Shown here: piece after piece, positions 10,525-20,196 of the stretch
How positions within the stretch are numbered: position 1 is the stretch's first letter
How the letters are laid out: every line of letters begins with the position of its first letter
From: Candidatus Margulisiibacteriota bacterium
GTDB taxonomy: Bacteria > Margulisbacteria > Termititenacia > CAZZFK01
NCBI GenBank assembly: GCA_042562495.1
Contig: JBHPMC010000002.1
Span: 12,425 to 76,424, forward strand
Length of the DNA stretch: 64,000 nt
Reading direction: 5' to 3'
Program-made: the position numbers and the translations under genes
Notes under the pieces: generated by a model
Database searches by the model: none
What the model saw: only the letters and a program-made list of their open reading frames with translations
Told to the model about the DNA's origin: nothing

Positions 10525-11052
10525 ATGAGCATTATGCAAAAAGCAGCCCAGATGATCACGCCTAAAGAAAGATTCGGATCGATCTACGATGTGAGCTTAA
10601 GTTATTTATTAAAAAAAGGTATCAAGGGTATTATTCTTGATGTCGATAATACTTTATTATCTCCCGAGGCTAAAAGCCCTTCTCTAAAATGCAGGCAATG
10701 GCTGGAGGCGCTTAAAGACCAGGGGCTTAAAGCGTGTTTGGTCAGCAATGAACGTGATCCTAAAAGGCTGACCATGTTGGCAGAAGTTTTCAATGTCCCC
10801 GCTGTGCATTCGGCCTTAAAGCCTTTTCCCTGGGCTATGGAGAACGCGATCCAGGAGCTTTTAGGCCTGTCTCCGCAGGAAGTAGCAGTGATCGGAGATA
10901 CTATAATTTCTGATGTCATTCCCGGGAATTTATTAAAAGCACATACGATCCTTGTCGATCCTATTGCAGAGCAGGAAGATCATGTATTCCACTGGCTGAC
11001 CAGGCGGACCGGGGATGCTTTAGCCAGGGTAATAACCAGAACAGCGAAATGA
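10525..11052 (+). CDS. YqeG-family HAD phosphatase
   Basis: 175 aa. HAD motif I ILDVDNTLL and the YqeG-like motif GDTIISDV. Confidence 0.75.
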   Translation: MSIMQKAAQMITPKERFGSIYDVSLSYLLKKGIKGIILDVDNTLLSPEAKSPSLKCRQWLEALKDQGLKACLVSNERDPKRLTMLAEVFNVPAVHSALKPFPWAMENAIQELLGLSPQEVAVIGDTIISDVIPGNLLKAHTILVDPIAEQEDHVFHWLTRRTGDALARVITRTAK

Positions 11053-11507
11053 GAAAACTTGCCTTAGTCATAATATTCATTTTTATAACATCCAATCTAT
11101 ATGCTTTAGATATCAGCCATGACGGGCGAGTTGTAAAGGTCCAATCAGGCGAGAGTGCTGTTAAATATATTTCTCTATTGAACCGTGAAGAAAAACCGAA
11201 TTGGGTAAGAGTTGTATCGCGGAGTTCCGGGCCGGTCTTTAATTTTAAGGATATCCTGAGCAGATCTGCCCTGGGCTGGACTTTGGTGCAAAAAGGCTGG
11301 TTGAAAGTCGAGCAGAGTAAATTAAAAAAATTAAGAGTAGAATTTCTGCCGCCGTCGAAGACGAAAAAAGGAAAATACAAAGTTTGGTTATTACTGGAGC
11401 AGCAAAATACACCGCCCAAGGTATTGGGCGAAGAGCAGCGGGGCCGCAGCTTACAGGCGGAGACGATCGAGACCTATTATCTGCCGTTGGTTGTTCAAGT
11501 TGATTGA
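11049..11507 (+). CDS. Hypothetical secreted protein
   Basis: 152-aa ORF with a signal-like N-terminus (LALVIIFIFITSNLYA). Its start overlaps the previous stop by 4 nt. Confidence 0.4.
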   Translation: MRKLALVIIFIFITSNLYALDISHDGRVVKVQSGESAVKYISLLNREEKPNWVRVVSRSSGPVFNFKDILSRSALGWTLVQKGWLKVEQSKLKKLRVEFLPPSKTKKGKYKVWLLLEQQNTPPKVLGEEQRGRSLQAETIETYYLPLVVQVD

Positions 11508-11611
11508 AATACAACCACCCCTAACCTAAGATAAGGGATAATTCAGGAATAAAGACCCCTCCTTTGCAAGGAGGGGATAATAAGGTAAAGATTTTATTGG
11601 AGGTGAGAAAA

Positions 11612-11929
11612 TTGGCACAAGAAGTAAGTAGTCAGTCGTTTGCAGCAGAAGTATTGCAAGCACAGCAGCCGGTATTGGTGGATTTTTGGGCACCTTGGTG
11701 CGGTCCCTGCCGAATGATGCCGCCGATCTTAGAAAAAGTTGCAGAAAAGGTGGCTGATAAAGCTAAAATAGTAAAGCTCAATACGGATGAAAATCCGGAT
11801 ATTGCAGGCCAATATCAGATCACAGGTATTCCAACCTTAATTGTCTTCAAAGGCGGGCAGGAAGTTGAGCGTTTAGTTGGTGTTCGCCAAGTAGAAGAGC
11901 TGATAGCTGCTCTGAATAAGCATGCTTAG
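11612..11929 (+). CDS. trxA: Thioredoxin
   Basis: WAPWCGPCR active site. I place the start at in-frame TTG 11612, 8 nt after GGAGG 11599-11603, which gives a canonical 105 aa. The track's 11564 start adds 16 aa and lies inside a hairpin. Confidence 0.9.
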   Translation: MAQEVSSQSFAAEVLQAQQPVLVDFWAPWCGPCRMMPPILEKVAEKVADKAKIVKLNTDENPDIAGQYQITGIPTLIVFKGGQEVERLVGVRQVEELIAALNKHA

Positions 11930-11983
11930 TAAAAAGATCCCTATATAATTGAAGGCAGTCTGATCATTTCCTACAGCTGCCCA

Positions 11984-12020
11984 TAGGCAGGCCAGCGGCC
12001 TGCCTATTTCTCTTTATTCC
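11984..12020 (+). terminator. Rho-independent terminator after trxA
   Basis: ATAGGCAGGCC-agc-GGCCTGCCTAT forms an 11-bp stem. It is followed by TTCTCTTTATT. Confidence 0.6.
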
Positions 12021-12030
12021 ACAAAAAAAC

Positions 12031-12062
12031 GTATAAAAAACCCGAAATATGGGTATAAAAAG
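12031..12062 (+). promoter_or_regulatory. Conserved upstream element (copy A), shared with 63791..63820
   Basis: GTATAAAAAACCCGAAATATGGGTATAAAAAG here versus GTATAAAAACCCATGAAAATGGGTAAAACA at the other site. Each holds a small ACCC..GGGT hairpin. Both lie upstream of orphan genes. Confidence 0.35.
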
Positions 12063-12155
12063 AATGCAAAACATATTTGTAGGAATATGCCTTATTTCTT
12101 AGGTAAGAATGGCATGTGCTTACTATTGTATATATGTGTCGTAAGGGGGTGAAAA

Positions 12156-15100
12156 ATGTCTGATGTTAAAAAAAGTGATCATATAAGATCAGAACAAATC
12201 TACTCAGCAAAAATCTATACAGATCTTAAAGGAAAACAACCGCCTATAATATCTGTAACTGGTTCAACTACAATTGATGATATTGAGAAACAAATATCCA
12301 AGCCAGGGAAATATCTACTTCGATTTATTGATCATAATGGACAGAAAAAAGAAATAATAATCGATAACAAAATTGGTTCTAAGAAATATGCTGAAGAAAG
12401 GATCAAATTAGCAGATTTTATTCGCAAGCAAGGCTTAGAAATTAACGCAAATACTTTAAAAATATATCAGGATAAATATATTCAAAACTATAAACAGGGC
12501 AACATAAAGTTAGAGGATATTAAAGAGTATATGTTGCAGCTTGATAATATATTCAAGGCCTCAAAACTAGATATTCAATCCGATGATATTAATAAATATA
12601 AAACAGATCTGCTTGGATTTTTAGTGCAAGGCTTAAAGCATGAAGCAGAAGTGTATTTGAAGAGAACAGCTAACTCTTTGGAAATGAAGCGAGTAAAACA
12701 AGAAGAAAAAAAATACATCAATAAAATATCAGAACAGCAGGAATTACAGAATAAATACTTAAAACAAATAAAATATCATGAACAGAAGATCAAAGAATAT
12801 GAGGCTAAGCTTGACTATGGATATAACAAGGAGATCGATGAATTGCAAAAGGAGATCGAACAGATTACCAGCAGTAGTAATGCTTTCGCTTGGGGTGCGA
12901 TCGCAGAGGATTATTCTCAAACAGGAAGGGCGCAGTCGGGATTTGCAAAACCCTCTTTGGATCAACAGAAGAGATATATTGAATGTAAACTTAAATTGGA
13001 TAAATTACTTTATGCGGAATCCAGAAGAGTTGCCTTAAGACAAAGCGAGTATAAAGAAAAAATACTTAAAGCTGAAGGAAAGATAAAAGTGCTGGAATTA
13101 TTATTTCATGATACACAGCAATTGCAGCTTGAGAGCAAATTAAGGATATTCAATCGACGTCGTTATCAGGCGAACCTTTTAATAAAGGATAGATTGTATC
13201 AATTAGAAGCTGAAGGTTATATCAAGATAGCCGATGCTCAATTACTATTTAAACAAAAAGATGCTTTCATTAATGATCTATTCATAAAGGGCAAGCTTAA
13301 TTCAAAATATGCCAAGGTTATCAAAGCGATACCCAAAGATAAGTTAAGGGATCTTAAGGAACTGTGGCAAGGAATTATTGATGAATTTAATGGTAAAGCA
13401 AATGAAGAAAATCAATATCTAGGTTTCAGTAGAAGTGAATATACAGCTGTTTTCAAGAATAAGGAATTCCATGAATATCTGATCTTGAAGAAAAACGAAG
13501 AATTATATGCTCTAGGTGCTTATGAACATCTAAATCCTTATATTGCTGGTGGTAGTAAAAGGAATTATTCGCAATATATATACTATAGAAAAACTTCAGC
13601 AACTTATGAAAATAAATATTTGCAGCAAGCGATCGATAATTTAAAAGATCCTGAGGTCGATTTATATTTTTATGATTTTGGAAAATATTCCGATTATTCA
13701 GATGAAGAGCTTGGAAAACTTGTTCCGGCAAAACACAGAAGGCAGCAAAATAATCAGCATTATAAAGTTTGCTTGAGTTACTATAAACATATCCTTAGAT
13801 ATGAAGATATGTTGAATACTCTTGATACAAAATTTGCAACCAATAAGGATGAAGAATTAAAATTACTAGGAAATATAATGAGAACAAGCGCTGCAATTGA
13901 TAAGCAAAAGCAGCTCATACAAAGAAGAATGGGATATGCTAAGAAAGTAATAAATAGCCCCGACTATGATAAAAATGAAAAAAGAAATCAAATAGAAAGG
14001 ATAGAGTATTTTAAAAAAACTTTAGCAGTATTGGAATTTGAAGCAAATAAGATCGCATCTATTAAAGAATTTGCCTTAAAAAAATCTTCCTTTATGCAAA
14101 CCATGAGCCATGAGATGCTTGAGTTAGGTCCAAAATTACAAGAATTAATAGTTACCATAAATAGTTATAAAAGAATAAAAGATAGTAATAGACCTAGAAG
14201 ATCAGAGTTGTTAAAAGAATATGCTGCAAAATCTGAAAAATTAGCAAAAGAGATACGTAATTCATCAGAATACAATTATTTCAAGATGTGGGTAAGTCAT
14301 TATTCTGCGCGGGGAGAAATGTCATTGCTATATGGTGTTTTCAATGATCCTGCCTTGGTAGGGATGAGAAATATTATTGACTTATTTAAACCAATTAAAG
14401 GTCAAGGTTTGGCACGAGAAGGAGCGCTTGGAATAGAAGATCTGCTGGAGGAAGCAGAAGATATGGATAATCTGATTAGAATTTCTTATAGAGACCTGAT
14501 AATTATCTCTGCAGCAGTTGTAGGTGCAGTTGTGGCCACTGCAATGATCGCAGCCCCGGAACCGGGATCAAGTGTTGCTGGTGTATTCTTGTTAAAAACA
14601 GCAATAGCTGCACTAGGAGCAACTATAGGGCAAGAAGGGGGAAAGATGATTGTCTCTGTATTAGATCACAGATTTGAATATAATTTTAATATTAAAGAAA
14701 TCGGTATAAATTATCTAGTGAATTTCGGTATGATGCTAATTTTTATGGGATTAGGACATGCTGCAGGAAAAGGTTTGCAGATGTTGAGTGGGGCAAAAGT
14801 ACCATTACTATCTTCAGCAAGCGGGAAATTAGTAGCTTTAGCAAATCATACCAGCAAATTAACCCATCTGGGAGGATTTAAAGCTGGAGAAGTATTTGTT
14901 GTGCAATTTGCCAAACAGACTGGTGGAGAAGTATTTGAAGAAATTGTAGAGGAGACAGCTCAAAGAGTACACCCTGTATTAGGTTTTTTTGCTTCCACTT
15001 GGAATTCAATGGATGGTGTAAATGTCGGTAAAGTGCAGTTGGCCGATCTCAATATGACCTATAAAAATAAGTTCACCAAAATAGAAGGCGGAAAAGACGT

Positions 15101-17546
15101 GAACATAATCACATATGAATATGCTCAGGGGAAGACAGAGCGCTTAATCACTGAATTGAAAAAAAGGCTAGGCAAACAGGATTTTGAAGAAAAGGTCACA
15201 GTAGATAAAAAAAGCGGCAGGGTGATCTGTGAGATCACCGATAGTAATGGCAAAACATATCGGCAGATTTTTGATCCAACTCAGGAAAGTATGGAAATGC
15301 GCACTCTACAAAACAAGGATCATTTTTTACTAAGTAATGATCTTGCAGAAGATTACAAGCTTGTTCGTGGTGAAGGATGTTATCTTTATACTGATATCAA
15401 TATTGATGGGCGCCTTTCATTAGCAGAATATCTGATGAAAAACCATGGTTTTGTATTAAAAACAGGAGATATTCATGGCGACTTTACTCTAGTCAAAGGT
15501 AATCAAGAGATAGACTTTAAGAAAAGCAAAGGATTAAAAGATACAGCAAAATATAATACACTGGTGGCCAAACATCCTGGTTTGGAAATTGCAGTAGCTT
15601 ATGATCCTCAGTCCGGCGAGTTCTATCTTCCCAAAAAAGGTACTGTTTTTAATATTAATGATATTAGGATCGAGGGAGATACGGAAATGACCTTGGCAGC
15701 AAGGGAAGGATTTGCCGATCTTTTTAAATATCATCAAGACCAGATCATCTTTTTAAAGAAAAAAGTTGAAAATGGAGAGATCAGCAGAAAACAATACGAT
15801 AAAAATATTCTTAAATTAAAGCAAGAATTTCTGACGGATCTAAAAACCTTTTTAGAGCAAAATAACATTAAAAATGCAGGGAAAATATACAAAAGAGCAA
15901 ATGATTTTATAAATAATAAGAAATTTTGGGGATTAGATGGGGATTTATATATTGAAGTATTTATTGCGGATACATATACTTCCCCGACCAGAATATATGC
16001 AGAAAGGGTTCCAGATCATTGCCGTTTTGCCCATGAACATCCCAAGGGTCAACCGCGTAGCAAAATAGATCAAGAGGCAGGGCTAGATCTGATCACACGC
16101 AATCGGGATGGATCATTAGGTTTAGAAATAATCAGGGGTAGCGATACTTTTAATCATAGGATAGCTGCAGCAGGAGAGGTTGAAGGGATAAAAGGGCTTG
16201 AAGAGCTATATAAATTATATGGCCGAGAAATGCCCGATGTAGGGCAGCTGCCAATAGCAAAAGAATTTTATGGGGATGTAAGTATTGAATTGGCTGTTGA
16301 AAATGCAAATGATGTAAATGTTAATAGTACTACTTCCTTTAAGAAAAAAGCTCTGGCATTGTTAAAATCGGGTTCATTTTCAAAGCCAGATATTGAAACA
16401 ATGAAAATGTGGGCAGATGAATATATCCAGTTGAATGGCAAGGATAAATTTATACAAGATTATAAAAAAATATTATACGGATCGGAAAAAAATCTTATTG
16501 TTAAAAAGAATAATCTTGTTAATCATCTTGAAGCCCAGGGTACAATAAAAGCAGATATAGAATTAGATCTAAAAAAGAGATTAAAAAGTTTAGAGAATAA
16601 TATCGATGATAGGATCAATGATTTTAAAGAGGAAGTGCTAAATTATGAAACTAAAAATGAATATGAACAGGCTATCGATGATTATATAGAAAAGCATGGC
16701 ACAGATGAATTTATAAATACTTTCAGAAAGCGTATTTCAAATATTGAAGAAATGAATAATGAAAAGCTTGGTGAGACAAGAGAATATCTAAATGGTATTA
16801 ATACGAATAAACTAAAACAAAACTTAGAAACGGCGCAAAATACAGTTGATGTTTATTATAAATATATAGAAATGCACAGGACAGGGCAAGATAGCCTTAG
16901 TTATGAGCTTATTAAAGAGAATCATGATACTGCTCCAGATATTAGCGAACAGCTAATATATGACTATTTATTGGCTGAAGCAAATAAAAGTTTTAATAGA
17001 GCTCTCGAGGTGCTGGGTATGAAAGATGATGGAAGCTATACAGATGAGCAAAAGAACCATTTAATTGATTTTTATGATAATTATTATAACAAGATCACTG
17101 AACCTGATCATAAGAAAATAATTGATGAACCTATTAAAAATGATCCCCAAAGTATGCTTGATACGATACTTGCAAAAAACAAACCTGAAATGAATACTGC
17201 TATGATAAGTTATTTAAAGAGCGTAAGAGGTGAAAGTTTAATAAAAACAATGTTAAAGAAAAAGTTCAATATTGAGGTCATTGAAGTTCTCCATGAATAT
17301 ACACTGCCTTCACCAGGAAAGAATAAAAAGAAACCGATTTTAATAATGGCTATAAAAGTAAAAGGATTTGAATATGGTGGTCAGAAATTTTCAGGGGAAC
17401 GAGTTATTGAGCTATTATCTCATGATCCGCATGGGATACATATGGATATTCAGACAAAACCTAGAGCAAAAACCCATAAGGCAGATCATCAATTCTTCTT
17501 TTCCAAATATGTAACGATAGCAGAGTTCTTTTCAGGCAAATACTAA
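12156..17546 (+). CDS. Giant hypothetical protein (1796 aa): coiled-coil N-half, central multi-TM segment, unknown C-half
   Basis: Single uninterrupted ORF with RBS GGGGGT 6 nt upstream. Lys/Glu/Asn-rich heptad-like N-terminal region of about 750 aa. Hydrophobic cluster IIISAAVVGAVVATAMIAAP...VFLLKTAIAALGATIG...LVNFGMMLIFMGLGHAAG. No enzymatic motif that I recognise. Clearly AT-richer than its neighbours. Confidence 0.75.
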   Translation: MSDVKKSDHIRSEQIYSAKIYTDLKGKQPPIISVTGSTTIDDIEKQISKPGKYLLRFIDHNGQKKEIIIDNKIGSKKYAEERIKLADFIRKQGLEINANTLKIYQDKYIQNYKQGNIKLEDIKEYMLQLDNIFKASKLDIQSDDINKYKTDLLGFLVQGLKHEAEVYLKRTANSLEMKRVKQEEKKYINKISEQQELQNKYLKQIKYHEQKIKEYEAKLDYGYNKEIDELQKEIEQITSSSNAFAWGAIAEDYSQTGRAQSGFAKPSLDQQKRYIECKLKLDKLLYAESRRVALRQSEYKEKILKAEGKIKVLELLFHDTQQLQLESKLRIFNRRRYQANLLIKDRLYQLEAEGYIKIADAQLLFKQKDAFINDLFIKGKLNSKYAKVIKAIPKDKLRDLKELWQGIIDEFNGKANEENQYLGFSRSEYTAVFKNKEFHEYLILKKNEELYALGAYEHLNPYIAGGSKRNYSQYIYYRKTSATYENKYLQQAIDNLKDPEVDLYFYDFGKYSDYSDEELGKLVPAKHRRQQNNQHYKVCLSYYKHILRYEDMLNTLDTKFATNKDEELKLLGNIMRTSAAIDKQKQLIQRRMGYAKKVINSPDYDKNEKRNQIERIEYFKKTLAVLEFEANKIASIKEFALKKSSFMQTMSHEMLELGPKLQELIVTINSYKRIKDSNRPRRSELLKEYAAKSEKLAKEIRNSSEYNYFKMWVSHYSARGEMSLLYGVFNDPALVGMRNIIDLFKPIKGQGLAREGALGIEDLLEEAEDMDNLIRISYRDLIIISAAVVGAVVATAMIAAPEPGSSVAGVFLLKTAIAALGATIGQEGGKMIVSVLDHRFEYNFNIKEIGINYLVNFGMMLIFMGLGHAAGKGLQMLSGAKVPLLSSASGKLVALANHTSKLTHLGGFKAGEVFVVQFAKQTGGEVFEEIVEETAQRVHPVLGFFASTWNSMDGVNVGKVQLADLNMTYKNKFTKIEGGKDVNIITYEYAQGKTERLITELKKRLGKQDFEEKVTVDKKSGRVICEITDSNGKTYRQIFDPTQESMEMRTLQNKDHFLLSNDLAEDYKLVRGEGCYLYTDINIDGRLSLAEYLMKNHGFVLKTGDIHGDFTLVKGNQEIDFKKSKGLKDTAKYNTLVAKHPGLEIAVAYDPQSGEFYLPKKGTVFNINDIRIEGDTEMTLAAREGFADLFKYHQDQIIFLKKKVENGEISRKQYDKNILKLKQEFLTDLKTFLEQNNIKNAGKIYKRANDFINNKKFWGLDGDLYIEVFIADTYTSPTRIYAERVPDHCRFAHEHPKGQPRSKIDQEAGLDLITRNRDGSLGLEIIRGSDTFNHRIAAAGEVEGIKGLEELYKLYGREMPDVGQLPIAKEFYGDVSIELAVENANDVNVNSTTSFKKKALALLKSGSFSKPDIETMKMWADEYIQLNGKDKFIQDYKKILYGSEKNLIVKKNNLVNHLEAQGTIKADIELDLKKRLKSLENNIDDRINDFKEEVLNYETKNEYEQAIDDYIEKHGTDEFINTFRKRISNIEEMNNEKLGETREYLNGINTNKLKQNLETAQNTVDVYYKYIEMHRTGQDSLSYELIKENHDTAPDISEQLIYDYLLAEANKSFNRALEVLGMKDDGSYTDEQKNHLIDFYDNYYNKITEPDHKKIIDEPIKNDPQSMLDTILAKNKPEMNTAMISYLKSVRGESLIKTMLKKKFNIEVIEVLHEYTLPSPGKNKKKPILIMAIKVKGFEYGGQKFSGERVIELLSHDPHGIHMDIQTKPRAKTHKADHQFFFSKYVTIAEFFSGKY

Positions 17547-17551
17547 AAAAG

Positions 17552-17578
17552 TGAAATATTCAAGTATTACTTACGATA
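17552..17578 (+). promoter_or_regulatory. Sigma-28-like promoter motif (TGAAAT-N12-CTTACGATA)
   Basis: gTGAAAT attcaagtatta CTTACGATA, 37 nt upstream of ATG 17616. Confidence 0.6.
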
Positions 17579-17615
17579 TATAATAGAGTTAATTCGTTAG
17601 AAGAGGATAGGCAAA

Positions 17616-18434
17616 ATGTATAAAAAAATAATTGAATCTATAAAAGAAATGCCCAGAAGGCGTTATTTGATTAATCCTTTGTTTTTTAATTACAACAAAT
17701 TAGAGAATTATCTAAAAGGAATAGCACAAATGTATCCAGAATTGATAAAAAATCTAAATAATTTGTTAGGCTTTAATGTGCAGAAAATGAATATAACTGA
17801 GGCAAGAAGAAATATTGTAGAAATGTTTAAACGTCGGATGGATATGGATCCCAGCCATATTATTAAATACGATATTCCTAAAGTAGCTAAATATGAAGAA
17901 CTCTTTAAAAAATATCCTGGCCGAGCAATTCCGATATCAATAGTACATGATAATAAGGGTGAAATAAAAATAATAACTCCACGTTCAAAGAATATATTAA
18001 CTATGGATGGGGATCTTGATCAGCACATGGGTTTACATATGTTGGTTGAATCGTTTCAAAGAAATGAGAGCCAGGAAGATGCGGTAAAAGAAAAAATTAT
18101 AAAAATATTTGCAAAACGTAGCGATTGGCTTGAATTGGTCAAAAAAATTGATATTAAAAAAATCGAGGTTATCTTCAGTAAAGATTATACATCCTATACA
18201 AAAGCTTTTTTAAAAAGAATTGCCAGCGAAGAAAAGAGAGTGTTTTTCAACAATTCTGAGGAATATTTTGATACACATGGTTTCAATTACCTAGATATCG
18301 CAAGTGGGAATACATATCTATTGGCTGTAAATAAAGATATGTATAGATTGGTTTTTATGGCAAAAAGATACAGGGATTATTATATAAAACAAAAATATAC
18401 AGTAAATAGCCTTAAAAGATTTAAAAAAAGTTAA
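17616..18434 (+). CDS. Hypothetical protein (272 aa)
   Basis: ORF with AGAGGA-type RBS upstream. AT-rich with no recognisable motifs. Sits 18 nt upstream of the GGQ gene, so probably co-transcribed with it. Confidence 0.55.
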   Translation: MYKKIIESIKEMPRRRYLINPLFFNYNKLENYLKGIAQMYPELIKNLNNLLGFNVQKMNITEARRNIVEMFKRRMDMDPSHIIKYDIPKVAKYEELFKKYPGRAIPISIVHDNKGEIKIITPRSKNILTMDGDLDQHMGLHMLVESFQRNESQEDAVKEKIIKIFAKRSDWLELVKKIDIKKIEVIFSKDYTSYTKAFLKRIASEEKRVFFNNSEEYFDTHGFNYLDIASGNTYLLAVNKDMYRLVFMAKRYRDYYIKQKYTVNSLKRFKKS

Positions 18435-18452
18435 TGTCAAGAAAAGGGGAAA

Positions 18453-18890
18453 ATGAGCAATATGTTTATCAAAAAGATAATAAACGGGGGCCCTTTATTA
18501 TTAGAAAAACAAGGATATTTTAATACTAATAATAATATTATAAAAAAACAAGTAACAATAATTCCCATCCACGCCTCCGGCCACGGCGGTCAAAAGGTCA
18601 ATAAAACCAGCTCGGCGGTCAAGATAATCCATAAGCCTTCTGGTTTTGTTTTCAAGGTCCAGGATACTCGTTACCTACAAAGGAACATAAAGATCGCTAT
18701 GCAAAGGTTAAGAGAAAAACTTATCTCTATGAATAAAGCTAACAAAAGAAGAATGGAAGTACTCCGGCATAAAAATAGTGTCGGGTCTAGATCCAGGCCT
18801 AAGCATGTTCAAGAAAGCATTTTAGCTAAAAAACACCGAAATTCTACCAAGAAAAACAGACGCAGGGGAAACAAGATCAGAGTTTATTAA
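18453..18890 (+). CDS. GGQ-domain peptidyl-tRNA hydrolase, ArfB/ICT1-like (release-factor domain 3 plus basic tail)
   Basis: 145 aa. SGHGGQKVNKTSSAVKIIHKPSG...QDTRYLQRNIKIAMQRLREKL matches the class-I RF GGQ domain. The C-terminal tail is Lys/Arg-rich (KKHRNSTKKNRRRGNKIR) as in ArfB. No codon-recognition domains are present. Confidence 0.75.
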   Translation: MSNMFIKKIINGGPLLLEKQGYFNTNNNIIKKQVTIIPIHASGHGGQKVNKTSSAVKIIHKPSGFVFKVQDTRYLQRNIKIAMQRLREKLISMNKANKRRMEVLRHKNSVGSRSRPKHVQESILAKKHRNSTKKNRRRGNKIRVY

Positions 18891-20140
18891 GTTTGTTTGT
18901 AGGAAGCTAGGGCGTTGGCTTTATAAAGAGGCTTGATCAAGTCGAATTGCATTAAAGAATCCATAACAGCATCTATATCCTTGTAAGCATTCGGTGCTTC
19001 ATGCAGCATTTGCTTCAAGTGGTAGGTCGTATAGATCTTTCTGAGCTGTTCTTTATATTTTTTTATATCTAATTTAAATCTGGCGCGATTAGAAGACATC
19101 AGTCGTCCTGCACCGTGGCCGATCGTGTTGTAGGTCAGCTTACTCGCAGCAGGAGAGCCTGCTACATAATAGGTTCCGTTTGCGACAGTCCCCGGTAGAG
19201 GTGTAATACGATCTGTATCGACAGTATTGGCTCCCTTGCGGTGGATGATAGTATCTCTATTGATCTCTACATAATTGTGGGATGCATTTGAGATCACTTC
19301 GGCATTTGTGTTTAATCCGAACTTTTGTTTTATTTTTTGGTTGATCACATTGGCAATGGCCAATCTATTGGCAAAGCTGAAGTTCATGGCCATGTTGTAG
19401 GCATTTAAATATTCCTGGACCATTGGTGAAGATAGCGGGCCGCCCGGGAAACTGAATTCAGAATTCTTTAATTTATTTAAATAATGTTGTGAGATCGCAG
19501 AACCAATGTTCCTGGAGCCGGTATGTATCAAGAACAAGATATTTCCTTTGGATAAATGATTATCCCGTGCAGGATCGCGTATGTCCGAGACGTATTGCAT
19601 TTCCAAAAAATGATTTCCTTTGCCAATAGTTCCGAAAGAACGAGCACCCAACTCATTTAATTTTAATTCAGCTATCTGTTCATCCATCTTTTTTCTGATC
19701 TTGATCTTGTTGTATTGTTCATAAGCAATACTCAGCTCGTTATCAAGTACTCCGGTTCCTTTATAAAGAAGGCTCTCGGAATATTTATATAGTTTTTCTC
19801 TTTCTAAGGCATATTTAATGGTTTCCATTAAGGAAGCGATCTCAACATCTTGCAGCTCATATTTATAGAGATCGGTCTTTAAAAGCAGATATCCGCAGCC
19901 GATATCATCACCTACCAGCTCCGGAGAGACGATGCTGTTCTTATCCCCAACGGTCACTGTCCCGATCGGTACGGATAAACCTTTTTGAAAATCAGGCAGG
20001 AGAATGATCTTTTTAAAGATATCAAGTTTTTCCAGCTTTCGAATGTATTCAAAGGCTTGGTTTTGTTTTTTTGTAACTTCTTTGAAGATCTTTTTGTTAA
20101 AGATCTGAAGTAAATTACTTGCTAATAATTTATTTTGCAT
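18887..20140 (-). CDS. rtcB: RtcB-family RNA 3'-phosphate ligase
   Basis: 417 aa. RtcB motifs VGDDIGCG, GKGNHFLEMQ, HTGSRNIGS, SHNY and GHGAGR. Its stop codon overlaps the stop of the convergent GGQ gene (TTAA at 18887-18890). Confidence 0.85.
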   Translation of the reverse strand: MQNKLLASNLLQIFNKKIFKEVTKKQNQAFEYIRKLEKLDIFKKIILLPDFQKGLSVPIGTVTVGDKNSIVSPELVGDDIGCGYLLLKTDLYKYELQDVEIASLMETIKYALEREKLYKYSESLLYKGTGVLDNELSIAYEQYNKIKIRKKMDEQIAELKLNELGARSFGTIGKGNHFLEMQYVSDIRDPARDNHLSKGNILFLIHTGSRNIGSAISQHYLNKLKNSEFSFPGGPLSSPMVQEYLNAYNMAMNFSFANRLAIANVINQKIKQKFGLNTNAEVISNASHNYVEINRDTIIHRKGANTVDTDRITPLPGTVANGTYYVAGSPAASKLTYNTIGHGAGRLMSSNRARFKLDIKKYKEQLRKIYTTYHLKQMLHEAPNAYKDIDAVMDSLMQFDLIKPLYKANALASYKQT

Positions 20141-20196
20141 AAATGTACACCTTATACTAATTGAGCATATGTTAAGTGTTATTTAACTCTTAAATA

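Noticed and set aside
11556-11576. The hairpin CCCCTCCTT-tgc-AAGGAGGGG upstream of trxA as a terminator or SD-sequestering switch
   Set aside because: There is no U-tract after the stem, and the AAGGAGG within it is 36 nt from the likely trxA start. This is possibly just an intergenic hairpin, and evidence for regulation is insufficient.
12091-12117. Weak motif-like sites upstream of the giant gene (AGGTAA-N12-CTTACTATT), of 46515 (TGGGAA-N12-GTAACGATA at 46457-46483) and of the radical SAM gene (TGACGG-N14-GCTACGATG at 44312-44340)
   Set aside because: Half-site or spacing deviations make them uncertain. They are mentioned for completeness but not annotated as promoters.
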